From assembly GCA_013265495.1 (NCBI GenBank), contig MU058836.1, forward strand, positions 1-64,000: DNA of 64,000 nucleotides. The letters run 5' to 3'. The notes under the pieces were generated by a model. The model did not search any database. It saw only the letters and a list, made by a program, of their open reading frames with translations, and had not been told where the DNA came from. Origin of the DNA: Vicugna vicugna. Lineage: Eukaryota. Position 1 is the first letter of the stretch, and the number at the start of each line of letters is the position of its first letter. Both the position numbers and the translations under genes were made by a program. Of this stretch, positions 36,001-50,118 are shown one piece after another.

Positions 36001-39000
36001 ATTCAGACTCTGCCACTCCTGAGCCTTGTGCCTTGCTTGTGTCTCATTTGCAAAGTGGGAGTAATCATGATTCAGGATGATGGTGGGGGTCAAGTGGACT
36101 GATACAGAAGAATGTCATATGTGTACTGTGAAATTCTGTATGCATGTAGAGGATGACGGTTTATATCAACCAGTAAGTCCCCACTGAGTACCTACAGTGT
36201 GTCCAGCCTGGTTCTGGATGTTGTGCGGATTACAGAAGAGAATAACCCATGAGCTCCTGACCTGAGGACCTTACAGATTGACTGGGAAAGGGGAAGCAAA
36301 ATGATGAAGCACTGAACTGTGATTTAGGCAGCAGAGCTCCCAAGACTGGGAAGGCCAGTGTCATCACCAGTGGCACTGTGAAAAAGCCCTCTGTTTCCTT
36401 CCAGCCCCACTCATCCTCTTAAAGATACCACCCTGCCCACAGCCTGTAGGATACAGCCCTGGTGACCAACACCCTCTCACCCACAGCCAAGGTCATTTGG
36501 ACTGATATCCATCTGACCTGGGCTGAGCAGATCACAGTGTCGCTCCCAGGGAGACGTCATTCAGGCAGCACTGAGAAGGGGTAGTGTAGAGATGACTCCA
36601 GATTTTATGCCATGGGGACATGTAAGTAACGGTTATGGGGACCAAAGCTCAAGAATCCAGCAGTGAAAGCCTGTCCACTGAAGGGAGAATGGAGCAGATA
36701 AGCAGGGAGAAGAGGAGATGTGGACCATGTGGTCCCGGGGAGGGCAATGGGCAACAGAAGACCAAGTGGCTTCCCAGTTCTCGAGACCTGGCTGGGTTTC
36801 CTGCAGTCGTGTTAACTTGCATCTCTAAGTCCTGTGCTCATGCTGTTATCACAGGGTGTCGTGTCTCGTGTATGTTCTTTAAATTATAGCAAGGTATTTC
36901 TATATTATGCTCCAGTGTATTAAACTACAGTCTGATTCAAGTTGACCAGAATATATGAGGACTTGATGTTTCTCTACCTCTGGTTCCTAGTGAAAATTAC
37001 TTTCCTTCATGCATCTACTGTACATTAATTACATTAATAACAGTACTAGTATTTTGCTTTTGTAGTGGTTTACCATTTACAAAGGGATTTCACGTACATG
37101 ATCCCATTGGGGTCTCACAGTAACTCTGCGCGGCTCAGAGTGGGTAAGTGACTGATTTGGAGTTACACAGCAGAATTAGGACATAAATTGAGGCCCCCTG
37201 ACTCAGTCCAGTTCCAAGGCAGATTAAAAGTACAAAAGTTCACTCAGTGCACTGTCCGAACTAGGCCTAAGTGAGGTACGTGTGCAGAAACCACTTGGAA
37301 TATTGCAAAGACTCTTAAAGTCATTCTTGTTCGCCTTTTGTATTCAAATTCCCAAAGTTCCGACAGAGGAGAAAGCCCAAATTCAGCTCAGGTCACCGCT
37401 ATTTTCTGATTTTTTCTTGTGTATTAGCTTTGGGCTGGGCCCTGATGTTTTAGGAACAGACTCGCGGAGAGTCTGACACATCTGCATTCGAGCAGGCAGG
37501 CAATCAAGCCTGACCTGTTAAAACATCAAGTGTAACTTTCCAGAGCTTCTTCACAGTGACAGGGGTTGTGTTACCCAGGGACAGTAGTCCGTTGTTTTGT
37601 GCAAACTCCCCACCTATTCAGCCTCGACATCTGGCTCGCAGGACACCTGATCTAGAGGATGCTGAAAGCAAAGTATCACGGTAACTCAGGGCTTCTGCTA
37701 CTCAGAGCAAGAGCTTTCATGTAATCTCATAAAACTTGCAGAAGCTGCTCGCTCATTCCCAAGACAGCCTCCTCGCTCCCATCTCTTTGGAGAGGAGGAA
37801 GAAAACCAGTGCTGGTCACCCTTTCCGAAGAGTGAACCGAGGAGATGCTCTCACATATCCCCCCGTCTCAGGAGAGCAGAGAACTTCCGGGGAGGAAGGA
37901 GAGGTGAGCTCTGCTCAGTGGGCCCTGAGGACAGGCTTGGGCTAATGGATGCTCAGCAGCCGCTCCCCGCTCCCCCTGTGCTCCGCCCCCACAGCAGACC
38001 CCCTGCCCCTCCTCCCTTGCAAATGCGGGAATTGAGGGCTAGTTACATCAAAGAAAAGCGGTGCAGGGTGACGGCTGGACTAGAAAGTGAGCCTGACGAC
38101 AAAAGGACCCTTAACTACCAATCACACCCCCAGCAGCATTTCTGCCTCCTCCCAGGTTCCCCAGGTAGAAAGAGAAACCGTAAACACCAGCTCCCTGATT
38201 AAAGCAGCATAAAACAGGGCCACCAAAGCTTTGGTTGTAATCCAACTCCCAGGCTGATCATTGGCCACCTTTCCAAGAAATAAGCTGGTCGTAAGAACAA
38301 ATGCTGACGCCCCTCGATTTTTAAGAAATGGAAAGAACTTTCAGGCATGGCATCGCCCTTCAAGCCTCCTTTGTGTGTGAGAACCTCGGAGCAGATCTCC
38401 GGATCCTGGGGGGCCCAGCACATGGGCCTGTCTCCTCTCAGCGGAAGCGCCAAGCTTCCTCTTCCTGGGCCCTCCAGCCGAGGCCGAGCCGCTCAGAAAT
38501 TCCTGCTCCTGGGAGACCTGGGCTTGAGAAGGGCAGCGCCTCAGGGGGCGGGGTGCCTGTTACTGCGCCACATTTTTGGTTAGAGCAGAGGTCAGCCTGG
38601 CCCGGCAGTGCCGCAAATCCTGCCTCTGAGTCGAGCGTCTTGGGAGGTGCCTGAGCCAGTTTGCACACTGCCTGTAATCCCAGGTGGGCTATAATCTAAT
38701 TTATTTGGCTCCCAGAGGCCCCTTCCTTCCTATTTGGAGGTCCAAAGACTGACAGCACCTCCACAACTCAAAGAAATCAGAAGCCAATGACCTCTCCATC
38801 AGAAGGAGCCCTCAGACCTTGGGGAACCTGGCACTGTCCCGAGGCAGGCAGGGTGAGGAAGAAAGGGTCCCCCAGTCCCAGGAAGGACAACCAAGGTCAC
38901 AGAAAGAGGCAAGTGTGGCCGTCCTCCCAGGGACACTGGAGAGATGTGAGTGTTCGGTGTGGCCAAGGCCTGTAACTCAGGGAAGAAAAAATCTTCCAAA

Positions 39001-39948
39001 AGACCTATCAGTCTGTCCTATTGCTTATTCCCCCAAACTCCCAGAAAAAGGGTAACCTTGGAAAACCATCTTTCATCCAGGGTCATCTAAAAGGAATCCC
39101 ATTTCCCTCTGTGGCTTTCTTTGCTGTTTCTAAGATGCATTAACTCAACAGTTATTTCATAAGTTTGTGGAACATGCAGGCTCCACACCCTGGAAAGGTA
39201 AGGGTTAACAAGACTCAGCTTGATGTTGTGTTGTCCTTACTCTGCTCGGGAGACAAGGAGTGCACTGACAGTTACAATTCAGAGTGACAGGGAAACACAG
39301 GACACTGGTCCCCTGGTAGACAGGGTGGGAGAAGACTTCCTCTGTGGTCCAGTGCCACCCAGGAATCCCAGAAGAGGTCACAGCCAGGGATGATGCTTTG
39401 GAGCAGAAATGCCACTGAGATCACCAGGGCAATTAATAACTGACCCTCACTTAGTCTTTTTAAGAAGGCGCTCTTCTGAGCACTTCGTACGTGTTGACAT
39501 TTGATCCTCACGGTAACCTCGTGAGGTGTGTAATTAGTACCCTCATCTTATAGGTAGAGAAGCCGAGGCTCAGAGGTGTGAAGTAGTTTGTTCGAGGCCA
39601 TGAGAGCAGCACGCCTCAGATTCTCACCCAGACAGCCCGGCTCTGCCAACATGGTCTTAGCCCGTTCCCTCCATGACCTCTACTGCGGTGATGAAAATCT
39701 CACATCGGGAGCCAGAAAGCGCAGGGGGAAGCAGAGAATGAGGTATGAAAGGGGAGAGCAGGGACTTTGGATACTGTTCTGTGTCCTTACTTCTCACACT
39801 GGGGAGCAGATATTGCCAGGGGGTATGATGACAGGTCAGGGGACATGACAAGCCATCATCTGTTATTTTGGAAGTATAAATGTACAGAAAAATGTCTGAA
39901 GTTTGCACTCTGAAGTCATTTGGTTGACACACCACACGAAAGCAACGA

Positions 39949-40085
39949 AGGGAGGAGAGAACGCTCAAGTGGTAGAGAGCATGCTCAGCATGCGCAAGGT
40001 CCTGAGTTCCATCCCTAGTACCTCCTCTAGAAATAAACAAACCTAATTACCTATCGCCCCCCTCAAAAAACCTAGACAAACAAAA
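39949..40085 (+). mobile_element. tRNA-derived SINE (camelid Vic-1-like)
   Basis: A-box gctcaagtggtagag, B-box-like gagttccatccc, tail aaataaacaaacctaattacc; flanked by aaagcaac direct repeats. Confidence 0.85.
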
Positions 40086-40161
40086 AACCACAAAAGCAAC
40101 AACAGGCAGCTACTTGATCCTTCAAGTTGTATTTGATCCAAAGTTTGTTTTTTGGGTTTTT

Positions 40162-40400
40162 GGGGGGGGGGCGTGGGAAGGGATAAATTGGGAGTTCAAG
40201 ATTTGCAGATACTAACTACTATATATAAAATAAACTAGTTTACACTGTATAGCGCAGAGAACAATATTTAATATCTTACAGTACCCTGTAATGAAAAAGA
40301 ATATGAAAACAAATATATGTATGTATATGTGTGACTGAAACATGATACTGTACACCAGAAATTGACACAACATTGTAAACTGACCATCATTTAAAAGAAA
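40162..40400 (+). mobile_element. Short L1 3'-end insertion
   Basis: gggaagggataaattgggagttcaagatttgcagatactaac..., near-identical to 21540-21680. Confidence 0.9.
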
Positions 40401-40509
40401 ACAACGAAGTTTTGTTTACTACACAGGGTTTACAAAACAAAATAGGCTTAATTCTATTTCGTACCAGTGAATTCTCTGATATTGCAGAAGTATAGAAAAC
40501 TGTCCTTTT

Positions 40510-40553
40510 TGCGTGTGTGTGCGTGCATGTGTGTGTGTGCGCGTGCGTGTGTG
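40510..40553 (+). repeat. Alternating (TG/CG)n purine-pyrimidine tract
   Basis: gcgtgtgtgtgcgtgcatgtgtgtgtgtgcgcgtgcgtgtgtg. Confidence 0.85.
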
Positions 40554-42769
40554 AGAGCAAGATTTGGGGCTTATTATTTTCATTTAAAGTATAATCTTGA
40601 ATTTAAAAATATTTATCAGTGATTAAAACCTAGACGTTTTACACCTTAACTTAAAAGTGGGAAAAACTCTGAGCAGAATCTAGAAATCACCTGATCACTG
40701 AAGGAGCACAGACCAGAGGGGCCTCACAAGGTGTGACTCTAGAACACTCACTCACTCTTGCTGCAGAGAAGCTGAGAGAGAGGCCAGGTGGAAATGGAGA
40801 CAGGGATTCAACGGATGTGGTCAGTTTTCCAGGTGAGAACTGTTGAGAGCTGCGGGCTCAGAACCTGAATGTGGGTGAAGAATCTACTAAAGGGACGAAG
40901 AAGCTTTAAGACTCCGGGTCACGAGTGGCTTTGGTCAACCACAGAAACTCTTTCTAACCTGGCTCTATATAACTCGATGTCTAAGATACTCCTAGTCAAC
41001 TGACTCAGTGTTTCAAGGCTCTAGTTTCACATTTCTTTTGGAGAGGAACAGAAAACGGCAAAGAACTCCCGCATCATTTAGTTGAGGCCAGAAGAGGGGC
41101 TCACCAGATATGAACCTGGCAGCCCAGACCCACCTCCAGGTAAGGGGTACTCAGAAGGGGGAGGCAGAGCATGGTTTTTCTTTAGTAAGCATCTGCCTGT
41201 GAAATAGGAATTGGGTTCTCAGCACAGCAGAGGAAGAAGGAGGATGAAATAGAAGGAAATTAGCATTTGTTACAAGGTGGCAACGTGGAGGTCACTGTGC
41301 AAGGCTCTTTGCACATCTGCCACCCTTGCCGGTCCCCCTGTGGCAGGAACAGCTCTTCCTGCTTGATCGATGAAATGAGGCGAATTTCCCATGATCACGT
41401 GGCTGTGAAGGTAGCATTCAAGATTCCAGACAGATGCATCGGCCTCCGAAACACCAGCCTGTCCTGGCCTCTGTGTGATGCTGTCTGCCCTAGCATGCAG
41501 GGATGGCTGGCCTTTGGGACCGCCCCTCTTGGAGTAACATTTTCCTTCCTGGCAAGAAAACAGGAAGCCCCCAATATAGTCTCTTGCTAGCCTCTTTCTG
41601 GAACAAGTAGGTCTTCCTCAAGTTCTTTTCATGATTAAATTTTATCCCTAAAGGCCTCAAATTAGGTCACTTATATCTGTGAGTTCCAGTTCCACTTCAC
41701 CTATTTAATTAACCAGCTTTAAGGCAGCGCCTTCCCTCTGCAAGCCCTAGGCCATGTTACAGGCTGTACAAAGGCTGACCCTGCCCTCAAGGAGGTCCCA
41801 GCATAGAAGAGACATGGGTATAAATAATCATAACGTGCCAGGCAAACACAGGATCATATTCAAGGTACATCTGGAGTGATGTGGAAATTGTAGAAGAAAG
41901 CATCCAAGGAAAACTTCATAAGTAAAAAGACATTTGAGCTGGACGGGAAGGATACATGGAAACTGAATGTGTGGCATCAGTGTGGGTGTCCCAGGTGGGG
42001 GAAGGTATAAACGGGCTGGTAAACAGGAGCATGGGCGGGCAGCGAGCAGCAAGAAGCAGCGTGGTAGTGGTGAAACCCCGCCCGAGGGCCTAGAGAAGCA
42101 GGCATGGGATGGTCTTCCTCATTGTGACCGACATCTGAGGGTTGGACCGGGGTCCCGGCTACTCTTGGGAGTGGCTGTGGCAACCTTCAAGGCTGGTGCA
42201 AGGCTGAGTCCATCTATCTTTGTTGTAGACTTTCTACTTTTGATGAGCCCCTGGCCATCTGAAATCCACCTTATCTCCTGGTACTGTTATCAGACCTCAT
42301 ACTTGCATTCAAAATGGGGTCAAAAAAGAAGAGAAGAAAAGGGCAATTGATTTGTATGTTTCAGTCATTTCCTCGGGAACACGCTGAGCTCTCACTCTGG
42401 GGTGACTGTGAGAGAGGCCCTGCGCATGATGAGATCTGTCAGGCAGTGGCTGTGTGATGCCAGGGACCGGGGGGAACAAAGCTACAGGCGCTTGCCGATG
42501 TCTGCGTGCCCAGGAAGCTGTCTGCGTGCAGCGCAGTAATGGGCAAGTCTGTGTGCCTGTGGATAGGAACCACTTGGCAGGGGGATTCTAGATTTGAATC
42601 AGGGTTGGACCGATGCTCTGTAAGGCCCCTTCTCAAATCTCAGATTATACGACTGTGTAAATGCACAGATGCACACCGTGAAATGATGCCTAAGGATATG
42701 TCGAGTCAAGAGGCAGGTCCCATGTTACCCCTTGTCTTGACTATTTCCATTCCAAATACCGTGCAGCTA

Positions 42770-43330
42770 CCAGAGTTTCCAAAACATAAATCTGATCATA
42801 TCACTCTCCCTTTCTCACTTAGAAACCTTCAGTGGCTCCTAGTGATCGAGAGGAGAAAGTCCAAAGTCACCCAAGACTTCCGTGACCTCAGTTTCCTTCT
42901 CCAGCTCGTCTTCTCGTTCTCCACGTCAGCCTTCATGGTCCGTCCGTGATAGGCAGTCTGCATTTCCTGCACACACCCTCCTGCTCACAGTGCTTTCCCC
43001 AACCTTGTCACCTGCTCACTCTGTCTCTCTCTTACACAAACAGGTCTATAATATCTTTCTCCATCTTCCTGTCCAGTTAGCATCCCCTCCTCCATTTTTT
43101 TTTTAAAGACTCAGCTCAGTTCTTATTTTCTTCAGAAACCCTCCCTGCCTGCACTAGTCTCAGAGTGGTGCCCATATTTCAAACCTCGTCCTTAGACCAC
43201 TGAGTTCTAAACTAGCTGCTTACGCGATTTCTTCTCTAAACTGTCACCTCCTCAGGGTCAGGTACTTGGTCTTACGTATCTGTGAACCTCTCATGCCAAG
43301 CACAATGCCTGGCCCCGTGCTGTGCACAGA
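42770..43330 (+). mobile_element. L2 3' fragment
   Basis: aaacataaatctgatcatatcactc...aaccttcagtggctcc...aagcacaatgcctgg. Confidence 0.7.
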
Positions 43331-43429
43331 CTGTTAACTGCAAAAATACTGGGTGAAAAGGCTGGACGGATAGAAGATGGAAATGTCTAAGAACTAGGCG
43401 GAATTCCAGGATTCTATTTCCAGTTTTGA

Positions 43430-43690
43430 CGTGGCGGTTAATCTTATGGATCAGCTTGACTGGGCCAGGAGATGCCCAGGTAGCTGGATAAACAGTATTT
43501 CCAGGTGTGTCCGTGAGAATTTCTGGAAGAGATCAGCATCTGAATTGGTGGCCTAAGGAAAGCAGGTGACCCTCGCTGATGTAGGCGGGCATCATCCAAG
43601 CCCCTGAGGGGCTGCACAGGACACAGAGGAGGAGGAAGGCTGAATTCCTTCTCTCCTGGCTAAGTCAAAGATCTCTGCCTTCAGCGCTCC
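43430..43690 (+). mobile_element. MLT2-type (ERVL) LTR 5' part
   Basis: gtggcggttaatcttatggatcagcttgactgggcca...gcatcatccaa. Confidence 0.8.
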
Positions 43691-44073
43691 TCAACTATAT
43701 TCAATGGACATGAGGCCATGGGAATGGATGAACTCACCTAGGGAAAGATAGGAGAATATGAGAAAAGACCCAAAGAATGCCAACATGAAGAGGAGTCAGC
43801 AGAGGAACCTGAGAAGCAGAAACAAAGTGGTAAAAGAGGAGACTGTCAGGTTCCAGAGGCTAAGGAAAAAGAAAGTTCCAGGGAAAATAAGGTGCTGGCT
43901 GGAGACTGTGCATTGGATTTGTACCAAGGTGGTTATTGATCATGTTATCAATGGCAATTCTAAAGGAGCAAGCCGGATAGAATGAGTTGAAGAGTGGATG
44001 GGAAATGAGAATTTCTAGATACCACATGTTATGACTTGTTTTTCAAAGAGTTGGCTGTGAAAGAAAGTAGTTT

Positions 44074-44960
44074 TTAAATGTTCAATATTGATAATTATCA
44101 GAGAAATACAAATCAAAACCAAAAAGAGGTGTCACCTCACACCAGTCAGAATGGCCATCATCTAAAGTCCGCAAATGACAAATGCTGTAGAGGGTGTGGA
44201 GAAAAGGGAACCCTCCTACACTGTTGGTGGGAATGTAGTTTGGTGCAGCTATTATGGAAAACAGTATGGAGATTCCTCAAAAAACTACAAATAGACTTAC
44301 CCTATGATCCAGCAATCCCACTCCTGGGCATGTATCCCGAGAGAACTCTACTTTGAAAAGATACATACACCTCAATGTTCACAGCAGCACTATTTATAAT
44401 AGCCAAGGCATGGGAACAACCTAAATGTCCATCAACAGATGACTGGATAAAGAAGTTGTGGTATATGTATACAATGGAATACTACTCAGCTACAAAAAAG
44501 AATAAAATAATGCCATTTGCAGCACCATGGATGGACCTGGAGATCATCATTCTAAGTGTTGTAAGCCAGAAAGAGAACAAAAAATACCATATGGTATCAC
44601 TCATATGTGCAATCTAAAAAAAAAAGAAAAAAAAAGAAAACAGAAGACACTAATGAACTTATCTACAAAACAGAAACAGATTCACAGACATAGAAAACAA
44701 ACTTACGGTTACCAGGGGGGAAATGAGGTGGGAAGGGATAAATTGGGAGTTCAAGATTTGAAGATGCTAACTGCTATATATAGAACACATAAACAACAAG
44801 TTTTTTTCTGTATAGCACAGGGAACTATATTCAATATCTTGTAGTGACCTATAATGAAAAAAGAATATAAGTATGTATATGTATGACTCAACTATTATGC
44901 TGTACACTGGAAACACACATTGTAAACTGACTATACTACAATAAATTTTTTTAATTTAAA
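44074..44960 (+). mobile_element. Lineage-specific L1, 3' 0.9 kb
   Basis: [35 protein letters not shown]; 3' UTR; short direct repeat gtagttt (44067-44073 / 44964-44970). Confidence 0.95.
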
Positions 44961-45745
44961 AATGTAGTTTCTATTACAAATGCACTTAATTGATGAATTT
45001 TGTCTTTTTACTCAATATCTATCCACACTGCTGGGCTGTAAACGTCTTAAGATCAGACAGTAATGTCTTTCTTGTTTACTTCTGGATATTCAAGAACCTA
45101 ACACACTTCTCAGTTCATGGTAAATCTCAGTAATATTTGATAAGTGATTAAAGATGAGTAAATAAGGATATAGAGAATATCTCAAACAACTACTTTCAGG
45201 AAAACGTTGCAGTTGCATTTAGAATACATTCATGACGTTGGAAGTTAATTTGTTGGCAACAACTACATTGCCATGCTCTGTTACTGACAGGGAGACTCTT
45301 CGGGCTGAAGAAACCATAGTCCCTGCTCTGCCATCTTGGGGGGAAAATTTCCACTATGACTTGTTTCCTTGAAACTTGCCCTTCTTCTTTGTCTCTGATG
45401 CTGCTGCCTTAGCTCCAGCTTTAGTAGTCTTCATCTATTCTAATGCGGTTTTCAGTGCTCTAGGCACTTATAATCCCTTTGCTGCTATCTGTAAATGAAA
45501 ATCAAAACACCACCAAACTGTAAAACCCTAAGTTTATGTATATGCTGATATCAACAAAAATTTTCTCTGTGTTTCACTGCTTGCAAAATTCTGGATGAAT
45601 CACGTAGCAGACACAGGCTCATTCACTTCTGCTTTATTAGCACCCTAAGCATGAGCTTAACCCGTCTACTGAGGAATTTATTATTCCTCCAAGCTTGCCT
45701 CTCTCCAGTTCACCCTCTTCCAGAGTGATGCTAAAACACAGATGC

Positions 45746-45877
45746 AGGGGGAGGGTATAGCTCAGTGGTAGAGCACATGCTTAGCATGCACAAGGTCCTG
45801 GATTCAATCCCCGATACCTCCATTTTTAAAAAAGTGAATAAACCTAATTTACCTCCCCCCTTCAAAAAAAAAAAACC
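45746..45877 (+). mobile_element. tRNA-derived SINE (camelid Vic-1-like) inserted in an L2
   Basis: ggggagggtatagctcagtggtagagcacatgcttagcatgcacaaggtcctggattcaatcccc; poly-A; TSD acacagatgc (45736-45745 / 45878-45887). Confidence 0.92.
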
Positions 45878-46289
45878 ACACAGATGCCACCTAATTCACA
45901 TGAAATCCTTCATTGGCTCCTCATGACCTATAGGACAGCATTCTCATCCACTGCCACAATGCACATGTACTCCAGCCATTCTGAGTTGTTCATATTCCCC
46001 AAACGCCCCTTGGGAGCTCACAGATTCAGACATTTGCACGGCCTGATCTCTCTGCCTGGAATCTCCTTCTCCAACGTCACCCACCTTCCTCCATCTCTCC
46101 AGATTCAGCTAAAAAGCACCTGCTCTTCCAGGCTTTCACAGGGGCTTGGGAGGTGCCCCCTTCTGTGCCACTGCAGCACGTCCTGGTTTTGCCTAAGCTA
46201 CCCATTATATTGACACTAGCCTCATCTTTGCCGCAGAACTCCTCCCAAGAGTGACAGCCAACACTCACTGACCCTTTAATGAACTCCAC

Positions 46290-46590
46290 GCGGGTCATCT
46301 CATGTCATTCTCACAGCCACCATATGAAGAAGGTACTATTATTACTGTCTTTCACATATGACAAAGTTAAGACCTAGTGACTTAGGTCACACAAATACCA
46401 AGAGATAGAGCAGGAATGTGAACCAACTATCTGACACCAGAAATACTTACTCATAACCATTGCACTGGACTGTGAGCTTGAGGGCAAGGACTGAAGCTCA
46501 CTCATCTCTGTGTTCCCAGAGCTTTGCACTAGATTTTGAACAAGAAGAAGCTGGTAGATGTTTGTTGTATGAAGAGAATGAATGAATACA
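46290..46590. mobile_element. MIR (-) followed by L2 tail (+)
   Basis: attctcacagcc...aggtactattatt...gtgacttaggtcacac; ggactgtgagcttgagggcaagga...gaatgaatga. Confidence 0.7.
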
Positions 46591-46729
46591 TTTACTTCAT
46601 CATGCTTTATTTCTCTTATCACCTAGACATTGAGTTAGGAAAATTAGATTACGTGCACATTAATTTTTTTCTATAATGTTCTAATGAGAGAGTTCAGAAT
46701 AGAAAGGAGTCCAGCATAAATCAAAAGGG

Positions 46730-47050
46730 TGGAAACACTGGAAGGCTTTCCACATGGATGAGGAGTTAATTTGTTCGGTCTCATGCCAAGAGCTTGAATT
46801 AGGGCCAAGGGAAGAAAGTATCAGGGAAATAGTTTTTACTCACGGGGAATTAAAACATTTTAACTTCCAGAGCTGTATAAAGATGGAATGGACTGCCCAG
46901 TAAGGGGATGAGGCCCCCATTCCTGGGGGGTGTGCAAGCAGAGGCTGACGGACCACCTGGAGAGATGTTGCAGAGGAGCTGCAATGATCTAATGAGGCAT
47001 TTTATGGGATGACCTTGAATCTCTTTTCCATCCAGAAATCCTATGAGTCT
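46730..47050 (+). mobile_element. L3/CR1-type LINE 3' fragment
   Basis: agagctgtataaagatggaatggactgcc...tgcaagcagaggctg...gatgacctt...cctatgagtcta. Confidence 0.65.
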
Positions 47051-47559
47051 AAGAAATAGAAAAAGGAGAGCGGAAAAGAAATAAAATCTGAACAGATGAA
47101 GAAATACATTTTAATTTTCCTGTTGCTATAACTGAAAGTCTAAATTTATAGAGGAGCAACGTTTGTTGGGATTTATCTATCAAATCAAAAAGAACATGCA
47201 GATGGAAATAAGCTAATTGAAAGAACTTACTGTGTGGACCTTTTCTTTAAGGAATCAATTCTGCTTCCGTAAATTGTGAGGATAGAGAACTAGAAATGGG
47301 CACCTTCCAGTGGGCCAGTTTTGAGGGCAGAAGAGACAGGCAGAGGGAAGAAGTTCCAGCAGGGTGAGGTGGAAGAAGTGAAGGGGACTGTCACACTGAC
47401 TGGTGGGGTAGGACTTTGTGAATAGACTCCACGCTTCTGTAGAGGTAACAGACCTAAGGACGACAGCTCTCACCGAGGCAGGGGAGAGCACCTCCATCTA
47501 TTTCTAGGGTCTAAGATTTTCCTGGGCTTGTGGGAGAAAGAGAACAAGGGGAGACCCAA

Positions 47560-47702
47560 GAGTGAGAAGCACCATCTGGTGGGGCCGCAGCAGTCCGGGC
47601 ACGTCGGAGAGGCTGTGCGCCGAAGCGGGGGCCTGACTGTGGCTATGGGAAGGGGGGCAGTGTCAGAGGATGCGCGAGTGCCCCGCCTCGGCCTCAGGGA
47701 GG
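47560..47702 (+). promoter_or_regulatory. Small CpG-rich patch, candidate promoter or first exon
   Basis: Local CpG cluster (ccgggcacgtcgg, gcgccgaagcggg, gcgcgagtgccccgcctcgg) ending at consensus donor AGG|gtgagt (GT at 47703). Confidence 0.4.
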
Positions 47703-48719
47703 GTGAGTCTGGCATGAATGCGGTCATCAAGGCTAACTTCGCTAGGCCTTCTAATACCAGAGAGCAGTGCGGGTTAGGAGGTGGAAGCTGACATTCTAGA
47801 AACTTGACTGGTACGGCTGAGCCAGGAAATTCCTTTTTGTTACTATTTCCCTTCCTGGAACTGTAACTTTTTAGCAACACCTTTACATGTTACTTAAGCA
47901 ACTTGAGAGAAGAAAAACCCTACCTTGATTACATTTGTTTCCCTAGAGTGTAGCACAGTGCCTGGGACACCATGCACTGCTTCTTAAACGTCTGAATGAA
48001 TGAATAAATGAGTGAAGAGTCATCACTAATCTTGTGTGAGAGCCTGTGTGAGACACTGGATGGAGTAGGGGATGGATTCTACAATGAGGAATTCAGCACC
48101 CATGTTGCTAAAAAGATTGCTGTCAAGTGCAGAAGCTGCAAATGCATATGGCTAATACAATGGAATAAAGGCTGATGCAGGAGGAGGCAGTGCTGAGTTT
48201 AGACTGAGCCTAGATGTTATTTGCCTCAAATTCTATATGAATACATTGATATTTTGACACCAAAGGTCTTTTCTCTCTTTCTTTTTTTTTTTAACTGCTG
48301 ATTGTTGCTGTAACAGGCTGGCATTTTGAATAATTTAGAAAATGTTAGAAGGCAGGACAAGTATACATCATACTCTCACCACGCTGGGGCAACTTATCAT
48401 TACTATTTAGGCTACTGCTTTCCAGATGTTTTCTTTGCATTTTTTCCTTCATCATGGAGATCACACTGCACCTAGGATGTTATGTTAGTCTTCCTCCTCC
48501 CTCATTTACCATATCATTAAAATATTCTTTCTAAGCATGATGCATGACTTTTTGGTCATCTTTTGTATGTCTGTACCTACAACTCATTCAATAACCATCT
48601 GTTGAATACTTGTGTTCTTCAGATTTTTAATACTATAAACATTAGATTCCTAGAAAACTAATTCCCAAAGGGTAGAAATCATTTTTATGGTTCTTGATGC
48701 CCTTTTCCAAATCACCCTC

Positions 48720-49025
48720 CTCTTAGTCCATTTGGACTGCTATATCACATTTCCACAGCTTATAAACAACAGAAATTTAGTTCTCACCATTCTGGAGCCT
48801 GGGGAGTTCAAGATCAAGGCACCAGCAGATTCGGTGTCTGGTGAGGGCTCACTTCCTGGCTCACAGATGGCTAGCTCACAGGGCAGAAAGGAGAAAGGGA
48901 ACTCTTTGGGGACTCCACACTCCTGCCCTAATGCCTCCAAGCTCCCCACCTCCAGATACTGTCACTCTGGGGGTATCACTCCACTTATGAATTCTGGGGG
49001 GGACACAAACGTCATCTATAGCAGC
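48720..49025 (-). mobile_element. MaLR LTR (MLT1A-like)
   Basis: tcttagtccatttggactgctat...aacaacagaaatt...caagatcaaggcaccagcagattcggtgtctggtgagggc. Confidence 0.85.
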
Positions 49026-49699
49026 CTCTAGGACAACTGAACCTGTGTGTCCTCTTACTAGCTCCTTGTAAATGCCTGTCTTACCACACGTAGGAGCATT
49101 TTAGAATTTTGTCCTGGCACTATGTTGAGTCCGAGAGTCCTTTCCAGTTCTCTGGCCAGGAGAGTGACCAGATCATATGGCGATATTTAAACTTATACCA
49201 TACTGCTTTTCCAGATTACCAAAACTAATGTGATTAACTGGCACTGGCAAGGACTGGGATGGTGACTCTTACGTTGCTGATGGCAAGATAAAATTATGTT
49301 ACATTTTCAAAGAGGTGATTTGGGAATACTCTTTAGCAAATATCAATGACCATGTAATTTCATGTCTGAAAATGCTTCCCAAGGAACCAATCCCATGAAG
49401 AAACAGCTACTTTCATCAAGGGGATTAAATGCAGGAGGAAAAAATGTTGTACTTCTAAAAATACTCAACATATAGGGGCATGCCTAATTAAGTTATGGCA
49501 CATATTCTTGAACTTGTGATGCATGCATTTTAAAACAGTGAAATCTTTGTGGAAATATGAGAAAACAACACAAATTGATCTAGGTTTACTTACAATTATG
49601 TAAATATGATGTCAATATATGGGCAGGACAGAAAAGGTCAAAAATAGAAAAGTTGCCCCTCGTGTGTAGAGGCAGACATTGCAGTCACAATTTTTTTTT

Positions 49700-49950
49700 C
49701 AGTTGAACACATCATATTTCAGATATTACCTCTGCCATGCACAAAGCACTTTTCATGTACTATTTAGAATATTTCTCATGACATCTCTATTATATTCTTG
49801 CTATTACTGTATCCATTTAAGAGAGGATGGAATTGAGACTCAGAAAGGTCAAGTAACTTGTCTAAGGTCACCCAGCTAGTAAAAGGCAAAACACGTCCTC
49901 CAGTGCTCTCTAATGTAAGTGCCAGTACTTTTAACCACCATACCATGGTG
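49700..49950 (-). mobile_element. MIR SINE
   Basis: gaattgagactcagaaaggtcaagtaacttgtctaaggtcacccagctagt. Confidence 0.8.
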
Positions 49951-50118
49951 CCTGAATTCCTTTTTTTTAAAGGTGATAATTACTATTTATTTATTTTGTA
50001 TTGTGGTAAGAACATTTAAATGAGATCTACCCTCTTAGTAAGTTCTAAATGTACAATACAGTATTGTTAATGTAATTTTTCTTAAGTTTATATTGATTTG
50101 TTTCCTCTTAATTTTCAG

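Noticed and set aside
45747..45820. tRNA gene-like sequence (also 39949-40025)
   Set aside because: Followed by a SINE tail, poly-A and TSD; a tRNA-derived SINE rather than a tRNA gene.
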